Shown one piece after another: positions 31,977 through 32,000 of a stretch of DNA of 32,000 bases. Location: contig NZ_KI913949.1 of the NCBI RefSeq assembly GCF_000332095.2, forward strand, positions 1,379,169 to 1,411,168. Reading direction: 5' to 3'. A program made the position numbers and the translations under genes. Each line of letters opens with the position of its first letter. Position 1 is the first letter of the stretch. The notes below the pieces were generated by a model. It was not told the origin of the DNA. It saw only the letters and a program-made list of their open reading frames with translations, and did no database searches. This DNA comes from Leptolyngbya sp. PCC 6406. GTDB taxonomy: Bacteria; Cyanobacteriota; Cyanobacteriia; Phormidesmidales; Phormidesmidaceae.

Positions 31977-32000
31977 GGGGGATTTCAAGACACACAAGGG

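Noticed and set aside
1-32000. tRNA, rRNA, tmRNA, riboswitch or CRISPR-cas content
   Set aside because: I saw no T-loop/acceptor-type patterns, rRNA-like segments, repeat-spacer arrays or cas-like ORFs on reading both strands. A covariance-model scan (tRNAscan-SE, Infernal/Rfam) would be needed to exclude small RNAs.

Overview
The window looks like a cyanobacterial chromosome segment. The HIP1 octamer GCGATCGC recurs throughout (e.g. 4082-4089, and overlapping copies at 25411-25424). Short GC-rich palindromic and heptamer-type repeats fill the intergenic spaces. No rRNA, tRNA or CRISPR array was seen.

The left third (1-9.5 kb) is ordinary core-type content:
- a YihY/BrkB membrane protein
- a GHL10-type glycoside-hydrolase-like protein
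- Fur and a lone ExbD
- a TVP38/DedA-like protein
- a SpoIID/LytB-like protein
- DNA-3-methyladenine glycosylase I

The remainder looks accessory and is heavily marked by mobile DNA:
- An amino-acid-permease-like 12-TM domain is fused to a PAS histidine kinase.
- An AT-richer islet carries a heme-oxygenase-like diiron enzyme and an O-methyltransferase. Its first gene is bracketed by two MITEs.
- A second PAS histidine kinase follows.
- The most interesting locus is at 17348-20436. A small helical protein and an NB-ARC/TPR STAND NTPase overlap by 4 nt and share a ~30-residue G/N/Q/Y-rich motif across their junction. This is the architecture predicted for bacterial NLR-type amyloid-signalling cell-death modules.
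- Downstream lies an intact IS5-family (IS1031-like) element with a TTA target duplication. It splits a DUF29 gene whose full reading frame can be rebuilt.
- Next come an AraC remnant, a VOC protein and a YqiJ/NfeD-like plus flotillin operon.
- A translationally coupled small protein plus orthocaspase-FGE-sulfatase fusion is flanked by pentapeptide-repeat proteins.

All functional calls rest on motif recognition by eye. No database search was run.
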